Sequence record: PP400784
Length of the DNA stretch: 64,000 nucleotides
Reading direction: 5' to 3' (one strand)
Source: Escherichia phage FL38
In this document: piece after piece, positions 26,240 to 35,206 of the stretch
Layout: each line of letters begins with the position of its first letter
How positions within the stretch are numbered: position 1 is the first letter of the stretch
The notes under the pieces: generated by a model
Seen by the model: only the letters and a program-made list of their open reading frames with translations
Databases searched by the model: none
What the model was told of the DNA's origin: nothing
Made by a program: the position numbers and the translations under genes

Positions 26240-26908
26240 TTATCCCCTTTGTTTCTTAACTGAATTTGGATCTGGATTTTCTGGTAGGTCTTCCAGACCC
26301 ATAGCATAACGTTGTGCATAGATTAGCATAAGAATATCGCGAGCGCAATCATGAATTGCATCATGTGCGATAAAACCATCTAGCGTACCCATTGGTAACG
26401 GACACTCACACATCCCGCGATGCATCAATGTACGCTCAATGGCGGTGCGAACATCTCGGATATTCCAGAATCGCACAGGTTCAAGGCTGAACGTCTCTCG
26501 TGTATTGTGTGCACGTCGAATCATATCAACTAGTAATGGAATATCAAACGCATTACCGCGTGACCACATTACGGATTTAACCGGATCTACCCCTACGGAT
26601 TCACAGAATGCGTTAAAACGCGCTAAACCTTCTTTAGTTGATACTTCCGTACCATTTGTGATTAATTGCTTTCTCATGCCTTCTGAGGCGGTATTCTTCC
26701 ACCATTCAACCACACCATGATCAAACACCCTTACACCTTTCTGGGAAGGAATATCAAATTTTACCAGAAAGGAATTGTCAACCAGTTCTTTAAATGTAGG
26801 TGGATTGTGCGGATCTTCTTTAAATCCGATTGCCGCCATATTGATAACCGCCCCATCAGGCGGATAACCTAAACTTTCAAAGTCAATCATTAAATCCACT
26901 GGAAGCAT
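26240..26908 (-). CDS. dexA: exonuclease A (DnaQ-like 3'-5' exonuclease)
   Basis: Start trimmed to MLPVDLMIDFESLG (SD GGAGGA); DnaQ-like Exo motif; T4 dexA is 227 aa; position between 39 and dda. Confidence 0.7.
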   Translation of the reverse strand: MLPVDLMIDFESLGYPPDGAVINMAAIGFKEDPHNPPTFKELVDNSFLVKFDIPSQKGVRVFDHGVVEWWKNTASEGMRKQLITNGTEVSTKEGLARFNAFCESVGVDPVKSVMWSRGNAFDIPLLVDMIRRAHNTRETFSLEPVRFWNIRDVRTAIERTLMHRGMCECPLPMGTLDGFIAHDAIHDCARDILMLIYAQRYAMGLEDLPENPDPNSVKKQRG

Positions 26909-26909
26909 G

Positions 26910-27152
26910 TTAAATATCCTCCGCGATGTGCCGGAACAACTCCAGATCGTTTTTATCCAGAATGAAACCGCTACAATCAATAATCCCGTTACCGTAATTA
27001 TCGGTTAACAGTCGTTCCGTTGCCATGTATGCGCGTACTTTGTTGTTAAAATTCATTACATGTTGTGCATAGTCACAATGAATCTTTTGACGGTTCCACG
27101 CGACAATTGATTGTAGATGTATTACATTAGCCACATTATTAATAACAACCAT
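26910..27152 (-). CDS. hypothetical protein (80 aa; start chosen at ATG coupled to upstream stop)
   Basis: Track ORF 26910..27215 extends into the repeat; TGAnATG junction with the gene above. Confidence 0.45.
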   Translation of the reverse strand: MVVINNVANVIHLQSIVAWNRQKIHCDYAQHVMNFNNKVRAYMATERLLTDNYGNGIIDCSGFILDKNDLELFRHIAEDI

Positions 27153-27213
27153 ATCAAAACCCTCGCTTAGTGGAATGTTCTGGCATTTTATTGATACATT
27201 CAGCTTGGTAGTC
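27149..27213 (-). repeat. direct repeat copy 1 (~65 bp) spanning a gene junction
   Basis: About 85% identical to 27328..27391. Confidence 0.6.
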
Positions 27214-27330
27214 ACGAGATTTTTTTGACGAATTAAGAGCTACAGCCAAAAAATCCTGTAACTGTTCGTTTGTCATTTTTGGCTTACACCGCGTATCTAA
27301 ACCCTTCGTTCTTCTAGCTTCATTAGCCAT
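27154..27330 (-). CDS. hypothetical small protein (58 aa), ends ...ECINKMPEHSTKRGF
   Basis: Not in ORF track; C-terminus encoded by direct repeat copy 1. Confidence 0.4.
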   Translation of the reverse strand: MANEARRTKGLDTRCKPKMTNEQLQDFLAVALNSSKKSRDYQAECINKMPEHSTKRGF

Positions 27331-27391
27331 ATCAAAAACCTCGCTTAGTGAAATGCTCGATCATTTTATTGATACATGCAGCTTCACTATC
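27328..27391 (-). repeat. direct repeat copy 2 (~65 bp) spanning a gene junction
   Basis: About 85% identical to 27149..27213. Confidence 0.6.
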
Positions 27392-27499
27392 GCCGGACAC
27401 GTTCCAGCCGTATAGACCCCATCTAAAGCACATGGTAACAGTTCCATTGTGACGGCTTACCGTCACATCATTAAATTCTGGGATACTTCGCATAATCAT
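27332..27499 (-). CDS. hypothetical small protein (55 aa), ends ...ACINKMIEHFTKRGF
   Basis: Not in ORF track; SD GAGGAAA; C-terminus encoded by direct repeat copy 2. Confidence 0.4.
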   Translation of the reverse strand: MIMRSIPEFNDVTVSRHNGTVTMCFRWGLYGWNVSGDSEAACINKMIEHFTKRGF

Positions 27500-27509
27500 A
27501 ATAATTTCC

Positions 27510-28901
27510 TCAAATATAGTCTACTCGATACCTCGCACGGGTAACACCCACATATAATAACTGCATTGCCAATTCAAAGTCAACATTGTCTGTACACATG
27601 CAAGGAGTATACAGGAACACGCGGTCTACGCTGATCCCTTGTGACTTATGAATGGTGCAAGCTGGTAATGCTTTTACATTCAAGAACATACGCTTCATCG
27701 TCCAGAAGGAATCCCAATCTGGTTTAAATTTTGGATTCTCTTTCTTCATTTCGCGATATTGTCCGGCGACCGTATTCAGATAGATAGAGAAAATGTTCTT
27801 CTGACGTTGTTCTGTCAGAATGTTGATTTCTACTAAATCTGGTTTATCTGTAGTGATTCCGACTGCATCTAAACCGACTTTCTGATTTAGGATTTCTTTG
27901 TCTTCGTCATCATCGACGCTTTCCACTTTCAGAGTATATCCTAAAACTGGTTGCGGATCTACCCCCGTGCAACGTAATGTAAATTCACGCGGGATGACCT
28001 CTTTAACTCGGATCATCTCACCATTGTTAAAAATAACATTGGGAATCTTCTTCCCGCGTTCATCTCGCAGATATTCGATCAATGGTTCCTGAGTAACCAG
28101 AATTTCATCTACAATCACTGGTTCATCGGTGTTATAAACGCGCTTACGTACAATTTCATTGAGTTTTTCGACGCTCTTGTTAGTGTAGGCCAGAATACGG
28201 TTTTCTAGAAGGTCTTCCGGCGTTTTAACGGTTTCGAAATAATGCTTCATAAACTCCGGCAGAGTTGAGCTATGGAATACACCCTCGTTACCGCACTGCT
28301 TTTCGAATACCCATTTACCATTACGGACAGCGGTCGCCACATCAATTATTGGAGCATTAGATCGTTTAATCTCTGTAAGTTCTACATTCTGAAACCTTTC
28401 ATCGGTGAAGAAAGGAGAGATCGACGTTGCACCGCTCGGATCAACTGGTCGTAACTGGTTCAGATCACCCACGGCAATAATAACAATTCGACCGTTGATA
28501 CTCTTCATGAGAATATCAAATAGTTTCTTATCGACCATACTCGCTTCATCAACAATGATGATCTGAACATCATCTAGCTTAGGAGTATCTTTTTGCTCAA
28601 ATACTTGAGTATCTTCATAGTTGGTCGGGTTTAGTCGCAGTAGTGCATGTAAAGTAAATGCTTGACGACCTACCGCTTTACTCAAAACTTTTTTAGCCTG
28701 GTGGGTAGGCGTTGCCAAAACCACACCAGTTACCCCACGACGGACCATTTCCTGAACAATGAATTTCATCATTGCGGTTTTACCAGTACCCGCCGCACCA
28801 CGGACAGTTGTATGCTTCTTTTGTTCAATACGTTTCATTAGAACATCAAAAGCATGTTTTTGCCCGTCTGTTAACATATCGAAAGTTAATACTCTGCTCA
28901 T
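27510..28901 (-). CDS. dda: Dda-like SF1B DNA helicase
   Basis: 463 aa; Walker A GAAGTGKT; VDEASMV Walker B; position after dexA as in T4. Confidence 0.85.
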   Translation of the reverse strand: MSRVLTFDMLTDGQKHAFDVLMKRIEQKKHTTVRGAAGTGKTAMMKFIVQEMVRRGVTGVVLATPTHQAKKVLSKAVGRQAFTLHALLRLNPTNYEDTQVFEQKDTPKLDDVQIIIVDEASMVDKKLFDILMKSINGRIVIIAVGDLNQLRPVDPSGATSISPFFTDERFQNVELTEIKRSNAPIIDVATAVRNGKWVFEKQCGNEGVFHSSTLPEFMKHYFETVKTPEDLLENRILAYTNKSVEKLNEIVRKRVYNTDEPVIVDEILVTQEPLIEYLRDERGKKIPNVIFNNGEMIRVKEVIPREFTLRCTGVDPQPVLGYTLKVESVDDDEDKEILNQKVGLDAVGITTDKPDLVEINILTEQRQKNIFSIYLNTVAGQYREMKKENPKFKPDWDSFWTMKRMFLNVKALPACTIHKSQGISVDRVFLYTPCMCTDNVDFELAMQLLYVGVTRARYRVDYI

Positions 28902-29215
28902 TATCCTAAAATCCTCACCTTGCGAACACAGATAGTATTGAGTTCTCGCCGTACCCGTTCTTTTTCATATTCAGGAATTTTATATTCGATACCATCCCGA
29001 ACAATTTCAGAAGACCGGATTATGCCAAATTTTCGTTTAGGTACAACCTTGTATTTCGGTTCACCCGCCAATAGACTCTCACAATAATCTATCTGATCAC
29101 ACATTGACGCTAACGCAGCATCATGTGTTTCGCAAGTTAGGACGCGACCCTTCGCGTCCACTGAGTATTGAAAGAATCCGTCTTTATCACGATAACATAC
29201 AGCAAATACATGCAT
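28901..29215 (-). CDS. hypothetical protein (104 aa)
   Basis: ORF coupled to dda. Confidence 0.5.
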   Translation of the reverse strand: MHVFAVCYRDKDGFFQYSVDAKGRVLTCETHDAALASMCDQIDYCESLLAGEPKYKVVPKRKFGIIRSSEIVRDGIEYKIPEYEKERVRRELNTICVRKVRILG

Positions 29216-29970
29216 TATAAACCTACCTTCGCTTTCATCAATTCAATCCACGACGCATCAATCGGAAGCCCGTATTTCACGCGTTCTTTTTGTGCTGGCG
29301 TTAAGTTCTCATACTTAGAAAGAGATTCAATCAAAACGCTGGTATATTTTAGCACGATTTCGGTATTGTTTGCAATAGCCTTAAGTTTTTCTTCTTTCTT
29401 GTTGATTTCGCTAAGTGCTTGCTTGAGATCTGCAATTTTCTGATAACGTTCTTCCATACGGAAGAGAGTATTTTTAATCGCTCGCTCGGCTGCCTCTGCT
29501 TTCTCCGGTTCGTTGTGCTTTTTATGGCGCTCGATTGCTAATTTCTTTTCTTCGATTGCCATTTCCTGATTTTTGATGCGATTCTCGTTAAGTTCGATCC
29601 ACTCGATGTACTTCGCACGTAGGGCAATTTCATCATCAGAAAGTTTACCGTTAGTTCCTAGTTCCTGGATCTCTTTAAGAGATTCGATAGTGTGATTGCC
29701 ACGGAAAGAATTGTATTTCAGTTTAACCGGAATTACATTGCCATCAACATATCCCAGATTGCAATCAATGCGCTCTAAGGAGAGTCCGTCATCACCTTCA
29801 CCGAAAGCCTCACCTGAATAGGCACAATGAGTCTGACGGTAAATGTTACGAACAGTGACTAAGCTCATAGAGAAGTCTTTGTTGCGACGTGAAGCACCAG
29901 CCATGATAGAGTTCAGCCGGAAAACAACCAGCGCCAATTCTTCGTTAGATTTAAAAGCAAACAGTTTCAT
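29215..29970 (-). CDS. hypothetical protein (251 aa) with HNH-like N-terminal motif and coiled-coil C-terminus
   Basis: HCAYSGEAFGEGDDGLSLERIDCNLGYVDGNVIP...NSFRGNH resembles a degenerate HNH motif; Lys/Glu-rich C-terminus. Confidence 0.45.
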   Translation of the reverse strand: MKLFAFKSNEELALVVFRLNSIMAGASRRNKDFSMSLVTVRNIYRQTHCAYSGEAFGEGDDGLSLERIDCNLGYVDGNVIPVKLKYNSFRGNHTIESLKEIQELGTNGKLSDDEIALRAKYIEWIELNENRIKNQEMAIEEKKLAIERHKKHNEPEKAEAAERAIKNTLFRMEERYQKIADLKQALSEINKKEEKLKAIANNTEIVLKYTSVLIESLSKYENLTPAQKERVKYGLPIDASWIELMKAKVGL

Positions 29971-30031
29971 AATTGATTCTCCTTAGTTGGTATGTGTGTA
30001 TTATTGTCTATCTGGTTTGTGCTGTCAACAC

Positions 30032-30535
30032 TTAAATTAAAGAAAATTTGTAAATCTCTATCCGATCGCCATTACACGCGTAAACTTCCTCGATCTCATC
30101 AAGGATCATGGTCGTCCCTGTCTTGTATATGCACTCGCGCTCATCTGCCAACATAGCATACAAAGACAGTCGAGTAGTCGGATTGTCATACTCTTTAGAC
30201 ACCACTCGGTCAATAGCATGTTCGTAATAATTCATGCAAGGCTTGGTAGGTTTTATTGCAATAATCTTTCCTGTTGCATAAACATCGGTCGCAAAGTCCT
30301 CTGCTGTTGATTGCAGTGGCGTAAAGCTCATAGGACGCTCTACAACGAAAGAATCGCCTACAATTAAGGTATCCAGCTTACGACCTTCTCTTTTGCTCAC
30401 ACCGCGATACAAGGCTTCATGATGCACTAACCGCTCAGTCTTTTCGATCAATCCATTAAGGATCGACATATCGATATTTTCTTTAGAGTTCATCACTTCA
30501 TCAATGATGTTAAGTTCTTCTGGTGTAAATTGCAT
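30032..30535 (-). CDS. hypothetical protein, possible ADP-ribosyltransferase-like (ModA/ModB position)
   Basis: 167 aa; candidate R (LYRGV), S-x-T (MSFTP) and E-x-E (ERE) motifs in ART order; synteny with T4 mod genes; speculative. Confidence 0.35.
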   Translation of the reverse strand: MQFTPEELNIIDEVMNSKENIDMSILNGLIEKTERLVHHEALYRGVSKREGRKLDTLIVGDSFVVERPMSFTPLQSTAEDFATDVYATGKIIAIKPTKPCMNYYEHAIDRVVSKEYDNPTTRLSLYAMLADERECIYKTGTTMILDEIEEVYACNGDRIEIYKFSLI

Positions 30536-30604
30536 AATAAAAAAGCCTCCAATCTTTCGACGGGAGGCATAATAAAACCATTATAGAGTAGTGTCAACTA
30601 ATTT

Positions 30605-31129
30605 TTAGTAGCCGCGTTCTTGACGGGCGAAGTTTTCAGCATTTTTCAGATAGTACAGAATAAAGAGTTCTTGAGCGTCAATACCCAGCGGGATCATCTT
30701 TGACAGAATGAAGTGGATCGCGTCCACAAATTCAAATTTCACTTCAAGCTGATCTTCCGGTGACAGTTCAGAGAATTTACGCGCTCGCGCTTCTCCGTGG
30801 TTCTTTTTCCACATTTTCCAGATTGCACTTGCATCTTTACCATTGGACATTCCACCCAGCGATGTGTAAAGCTCTCGTGTTTCGTCTGCGATAGCGTCAT
30901 CCATCCGTTGCATCCAATCCAGCATTTCACCGCAAGTCTCTAGCTTAGTTGGATTTGGGACCCAATCAAATTTTTCGGATAATGCAACCTGCAAACCAGT
31001 TTGCATTTCGAGCATCACCTGAAACGGATCTTTACCTTCTGCAATAGCGTGATGATATGCGGCGATAGCCGCGTTAATATCTTTTTCGTTAACCAGACCA
31101 GCACAAGAATTAAATTCTGACATATTCAC
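30605..31129 (-). CDS. 56: dCTP pyrophosphatase-like (MazG-type) protein
   Basis: 174 aa (T4 gp56 is 171 aa); acidic MazG-like helices; adjacent to primase gene. Confidence 0.6.
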   Translation of the reverse strand: MNMSEFNSCAGLVNEKDINAAIAAYHHAIAEGKDPFQVMLEMQTGLQVALSEKFDWVPNPTKLETCGEMLDWMQRMDDAIADETRELYTSLGGMSNGKDASAIWKMWKKNHGEARARKFSELSPEDQLEVKFEFVDAIHFILSKMIPLGIDAQELFILYYLKNAENFARQERGY

Positions 31130-31137
31130 CTCATTAA

Positions 31138-32166
31138 TTAAAATTTACAATATTTCATAAACCGCATTTTAGCCATCAGACCTTGTACGGTGTTCTCTTT
31201 GATGTATTCCATGATCTGGTCGCGTGTAGCGCCCTCGTCCTGAATCATGGCGTTAACGTCTTTAGAATGCCACGGGCAACGATCCCACAATACAATCTTT
31301 TCCCCTGCATTGATAAACTTTTCCAGTCGGTGCATTGTATCGGCAGACCGTGGTTCCGCATCAAGTACAAACACTCGCTGGTCTGGGAAAGGGATTTCAT
31401 CTAATCCCAAAGTACCGCCAGTAATTGCACACCCGTTATCAATAAACAATGAATCGATCGGACCTTCTAAGAAATACACTGGTTTACTCGGATCGGCGCG
31501 TTCAAGACCATAGACCTTACTCGCTAACTCGTGAGTTTTAATCGTCATATATTTGGTCTTTCCGTAATCCTTTCTCAATGCTCGCCCCTGAATGGATTCT
31601 ATCTTGTTCTCGCGGTTAAAGATAGGAATCACTAAACGCGGTTCAGGTTGTGGATTCTTGAAAGTATCAGCCTTAATGTGATTTGCTACCTTTTGCCATT
31701 CTCTCGTGAAATACAGAAGATCCCATTTATCGTGAGGAATACAGCGATCACTGACATACTTTATTATAGGATGATTAGCCGGAAGAGTATCTAATCTCTC
31801 GCAGAAAGGCAATGTTTGCACTTTCTTAATCTCCGGCTTTTCTACCTTTTTCAGTGGCTTGAACGTGGTGTTCTTGTGGTCGCCTTGTTCCTTCCGTCGT
31901 TCCATAAGCCATTCCCTGAATAGGTCCGGCTTATACTGTTTGAGAAATTCACCTAACGGCTGATTGTAGTTACAGTTGAAACAGCCGCAACGCAAACTAT
32001 CCTTATAGGTATAGATACGGAATCGCGCTTGAGTATGATTTTTCTTTGAGTCACCGCAGATCGGACAACTACAGACCAGCGTAAATGAGCTAGTATGCAA
32101 CCGTTTAAAATTTCGTTCGCCGTATATGGCTTTTTCCGCTATTTCATAATCTGCGTAGTAAATCAT
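31138..32166 (-). CDS. 61: DNA primase
   Basis: 342 aa, same as T4 gp61; N-terminal zinc ribbon CSCPICGD...CGCFNC; TOPRIM region. Confidence 0.9.
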   Translation of the reverse strand: MIYYADYEIAEKAIYGERNFKRLHTSSFTLVCSCPICGDSKKNHTQARFRIYTYKDSLRCGCFNCNYNQPLGEFLKQYKPDLFREWLMERRKEQGDHKNTTFKPLKKVEKPEIKKVQTLPFCERLDTLPANHPIIKYVSDRCIPHDKWDLLYFTREWQKVANHIKADTFKNPQPEPRLVIPIFNRENKIESIQGRALRKDYGKTKYMTIKTHELASKVYGLERADPSKPVYFLEGPIDSLFIDNGCAITGGTLGLDEIPFPDQRVFVLDAEPRSADTMHRLEKFINAGEKIVLWDRCPWHSKDVNAMIQDEGATRDQIMEYIKENTVQGLMAKMRFMKYCKF

Positions 32167-32175
32167 ATTAACCTC

Positions 32176-32379
32176 TTATAGCTCAAATTTCATGAAAGTT
32201 CCTACACTTTCATTTTCATTCTCTCCGTTCTCATCTAAGCCAAATTTGTAGACACTACCATCTGGCGATGTGTAAGAGAATACACGAAAACGGCCTACCG
32301 GATCAAGTTCTGTAAATTCATATTCTTTTCCGGCTTCAAAAAGTGCATATGTGCTTTTAAGACATTTCATCGTAATCAT
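32176..32379 (-). CDS. hypothetical protein (67 aa)
   Basis: ATG overlaps the stop of the small gene above (ATGA). Confidence 0.5.
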   Translation of the reverse strand: MITMKCLKSTYALFEAGKEYEFTELDPVGRFRVFSYTSPDGSVYKFGLDENGENENESVGTFMKFEL

Positions 32380-32519
32380 TTAAGCGCCACCGACAACAGA
32401 ATGAGAACTACACCAACATACATTGTGATCTCGGATAACTTTTCTGTTTTTGTTTTGTGTCCAGATAATCCGAAAACAACAACACCGATAATAGCGGACA
32501 GCAAGCCAACGATAAACAT
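32376..32519 (-). CDS. putative small membrane protein (47 aa, 2 TM)
   Basis: Not in ORF track; SD GGAGAAAG; stop overlaps the next start (ATGA). Confidence 0.45.
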   Translation of the reverse strand: MFIVGLLSAIIGVVVFGLSGHKTKTEKLSEITMYVGVVLILLSVALK

Positions 32520-32526
32520 GATGATA

Positions 32527-32703
32527 CTAAGCACCGTCTTTCTCCTTTTTGCGTTTTTCTTTACCCGCTACACTAGGTCCACGATTGGTAATAGATCCGC
32601 TCGTTTCACCTGCTGCGATCTTCTCAGGATTGCCGCCAGCATCGCCAGCGGTCATATCTTCTTTGAGTTTATTTTCTTCAACAAACTGTTTAAAGCCAAT
32701 CAT
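32527..32703 (-). CDS. putative small protein (58 aa, Gly/Lys-rich)
   Basis: Not in ORF track; ATG overlaps the upstream stop (ATGA). Confidence 0.4.
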   Translation of the reverse strand: MIGFKQFVEENKLKEDMTAGDAGGNPEKIAAGETSGSITNRGPSVAGKEKRKKEKDGA

Positions 32704-33077
32704 AGAATAATCTCTTTCAGTAAGTCAACAATCTGGTCTTTTGTCAGTTTATCCTGATTCTCTACAATCTTGATAACACAAGCGTTAACATCTTTTCTAG
32801 TCACGCGGGAGATCGTTTTAATCCGGTTAAATGGTTCGTAGAAATACACTGCTTCATTATAGAGAGCGGATACTTTACGACGCATTTGATCTTTATCTGA
32901 CAAGAAAACAAGTGCTGTTTTATGACCTTCTACACCCGCCACGTTATATAGTTCAGCAACACCCCAGCGACCTTCCGGTTCAATCATTCCGGCGTGTTTA
33001 CCGTCGATAAAAATAAGAATATCTCCGTTGAATGCGGTTTTGAATGCTACATCTTCCGGTGCAATCATATTTTTCAT
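32700..33077 (-). CDS. hypothetical protein (125 aa)
   Basis: ORF. Confidence 0.5.
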   Translation of the reverse strand: MKNMIAPEDVAFKTAFNGDILIFIDGKHAGMIEPEGRWGVAELYNVAGVEGHKTALVFLSDKDQMRRKVSALYNEAVYFYEPFNRIKTISRVTRKDVNACVIKIVENQDKLTKDQIVDLLKEIIL

Positions 33078-33107
33078 AATATAGTCTCCTTAGAGTTTCA
33101 TTATAGA

Positions 33108-33743
33108 TCAATCGAATGTAGAAAGCAACTGTTTTGTTTCTTTCAGTTGTCGTTCAAGATTTTTGCGTTTCTCTTTAAGTTGCATTTTAGCATTATTTCG
33201 CTCTCTTGTAACCTCTTTATCAATGCTCTTATTCCAGTTATCAATATCAGAATAAGTTGGCATACCCAATTCTAGACCTAATGCGGTTGGATGCAGGGTA
33301 ACAGTCCATAAACCGCTAATCTTCTTAAATAGGTCGGGGTGTAGTGTACTATCTACATCTTCCGGTGTCAACTCTTTTTCTTCTTTCAGTGGTGGGATCT
33401 CGTCATATGGTTCCAGTGCATTTACTTTAATATCAGATACCTCATCAAAGAATCCGCGTACATCCGCAGGAAATACACAAGCAATTTCCCAACCGTGATC
33501 ACGCAGAGAAGTAATATTTTTCACTCCCCCACCATGTGTGATGATTGATGTGACATTGCCATCAAGGTCCACCGAATTTACGAGAAATGGCTTATCGTCT
33601 GTCAGATCATTATAAAACTGTGCTTCGGCTGTAGTCATCTCCAGAAACAGATCTCGGATCGGACGACCATCAGGTGCGTTACCTTCCTTGAGAGTATAAA
33701 AGCGACTTACGATCCATTTTGGCGGTAAAGCATTAGCGATCAT
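33108..33743 (-). CDS. hypothetical protein (211 aa)
   Basis: ORF; coiled-coil C-terminus. Confidence 0.5.
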   Translation of the reverse strand: MIANALPPKWIVSRFYTLKEGNAPDGRPIRDLFLEMTTAEAQFYNDLTDDKPFLVNSVDLDGNVTSIITHGGGVKNITSLRDHGWEIACVFPADVRGFFDEVSDIKVNALEPYDEIPPLKEEKELTPEDVDSTLHPDLFKKISGLWTVTLHPTALGLELGMPTYSDIDNWNKSIDKEVTRERNNAKMQLKEKRKNLERQLKETKQLLSTFD

Positions 33744-33793
33744 GTTATATCTCCTATCAAATCATTCATCAGCGCCCCGCAGGGCGCATTTTA

Positions 33794-35206
33794 TTAGAAA
33801 GTCATGTTATTTGCTAGCTCGTCGAGTTTTTCTCGTTTCTCGGCTTGCTGTGCGCTTTGCGGTTTAACTTGTGCATTCTCCTGATCTGCGATCTGGTTTG
33901 GTACTTCATACCAACGCTGATTGCCTTTTTTCACACCAACGTTAAACCGTGAATAATAGTTCTTGTCACCGTAACGAGACTTGATCTGCTTCATGAGTTG
34001 GACGCCCATTTTAGCCAGGTCTTCGGTTTCGATAACACCCAACATAAAGTCGGCAGTAGCCGGAAGACCTGCTGATTCAGCGGTATCACTCATGTTAAGG
34101 TCGGAAGCATCCCAACCCGCGCGGGTAGTCTGTGCCGCAGTCCAACCAACAACATCCCACTTAACAAAAAATCCTCGCAGTTCTTCCGCAATCGCCTTAA
34201 CTAGTGTGTAACTATTTTCAGAGTATACACGCAAGCGAGACGATGCGCAAATCCCCAGATAGTCAACAATCACAACATCAGGTTTAAACTGTTTCTTGAG
34301 TCGCAATTCATTCATTAACGCCTCAAAGTGATTGGAGTTCGCGCCACCAGTCGGATACTGCTTGATCATCAATTTTCCAACCGGACGATCTCCGATCTTC
34401 TTATTCTTAACACGCTTCATGCGTGCGGAATATTCCGCAAAAGAAACATTACCATTATCCAATTCATCTAATGTAATGTCAAGCAAGTTTGCGTCGATAC
34501 GTTTTGCTACTACATGCTCCGCCATCTCCATTGAGATATACAATACATCATAACCACATTCCATATAATCCGCAGCAAGAGAACACAATCCAAGCGATTT
34601 ACCAACATTTACACCAGCAAGCAACACATTTAGCGTTTTTCTTTCCGCACCTCCTTTCGTGATTTTATTCAACATCGGCAGCTTAAACGGGATCTTATTC
34701 GCCTTAGTCTGATATAGCAAGAATCGTTTTTCAAAGTCATTAAACCAGTCATGACCTACATCAGAATCAAACGTAATGGATAGTGCTTCCTGCATGATCT
34801 CAGGAATAGCACCCTCACTCGGCAATTTCTTATTCTGTTTCTCTTTTGGTAGTTGTGCGTTCGCCTGAATCTCTAGCGCCCGTGACATTGCATTGTACAT
34901 AGCACGGTCACGAATAAATTTTTCGGTTTCCTTCATTAACCAATCAAGGTCTTCCGGTGTATTCTCCAGCGAATCGAGAAGAGTTTTAGCCCCTTCATAT
35001 GTTGTCTGATTGCCTCTCTCCTTGTCTAAAGCAATCTGTAATGCAGTTGGCGTAGGAATATTGGAATATTCGTCTACGTGCTTTTTAATCAGCTTATAAA
35101 TCAGTTTTTCTTCGTCTTCGGTGAAGTAGTCCGCTTTAAGGTGAGGCCATACATTCGTAAAGAATGCGCCATTGTAAATCAACTGTGAAAAGATAGTTTT
35201 AATCAT
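33794..35206 (-). CDS. 41: replicative DNA helicase (DnaB-like)
   Basis: 470 aa; Walker A GVNVGKS; T4 gp41 is 475 aa. Confidence 0.9.
   Translation of the reverse strand: MIKTIFSQLIYNGAFFTNVWPHLKADYFTEDEEKLIYKLIKKHVDEYSNIPTPTALQIALDKERGNQTTYEGAKTLLDSLENTPEDLDWLMKETEKFIRDRAMYNAMSRALEIQANAQLPKEKQNKKLPSEGAIPEIMQEALSITFDSDVGHDWFNDFEKRFLLYQTKANKIPFKLPMLNKITKGGAERKTLNVLLAGVNVGKSLGLCSLAADYMECGYDVLYISMEMAEHVVAKRIDANLLDITLDELDNGNVSFAEYSARMKRVKNKKIGDRPVGKLMIKQYPTGGANSNHFEALMNELRLKKQFKPDVVIVDYLGICASSRLRVYSENSYTLVKAIAEELRGFFVKWDVVGWTAAQTTRAGWDASDLNMSDTAESAGLPATADFMLGVIETEDLAKMGVQLMKQIKSRYGDKNYYSRFNVGVKKGNQRWYEVPNQIADQENAQVKPQSAQQAEKREKLDELANNMTF

Noticed and set aside
32401-32757. 118-aa plus-strand ORF
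   Set aside because: Antisense to two translationally coupled small minus-strand genes; no SD; implausible composition.
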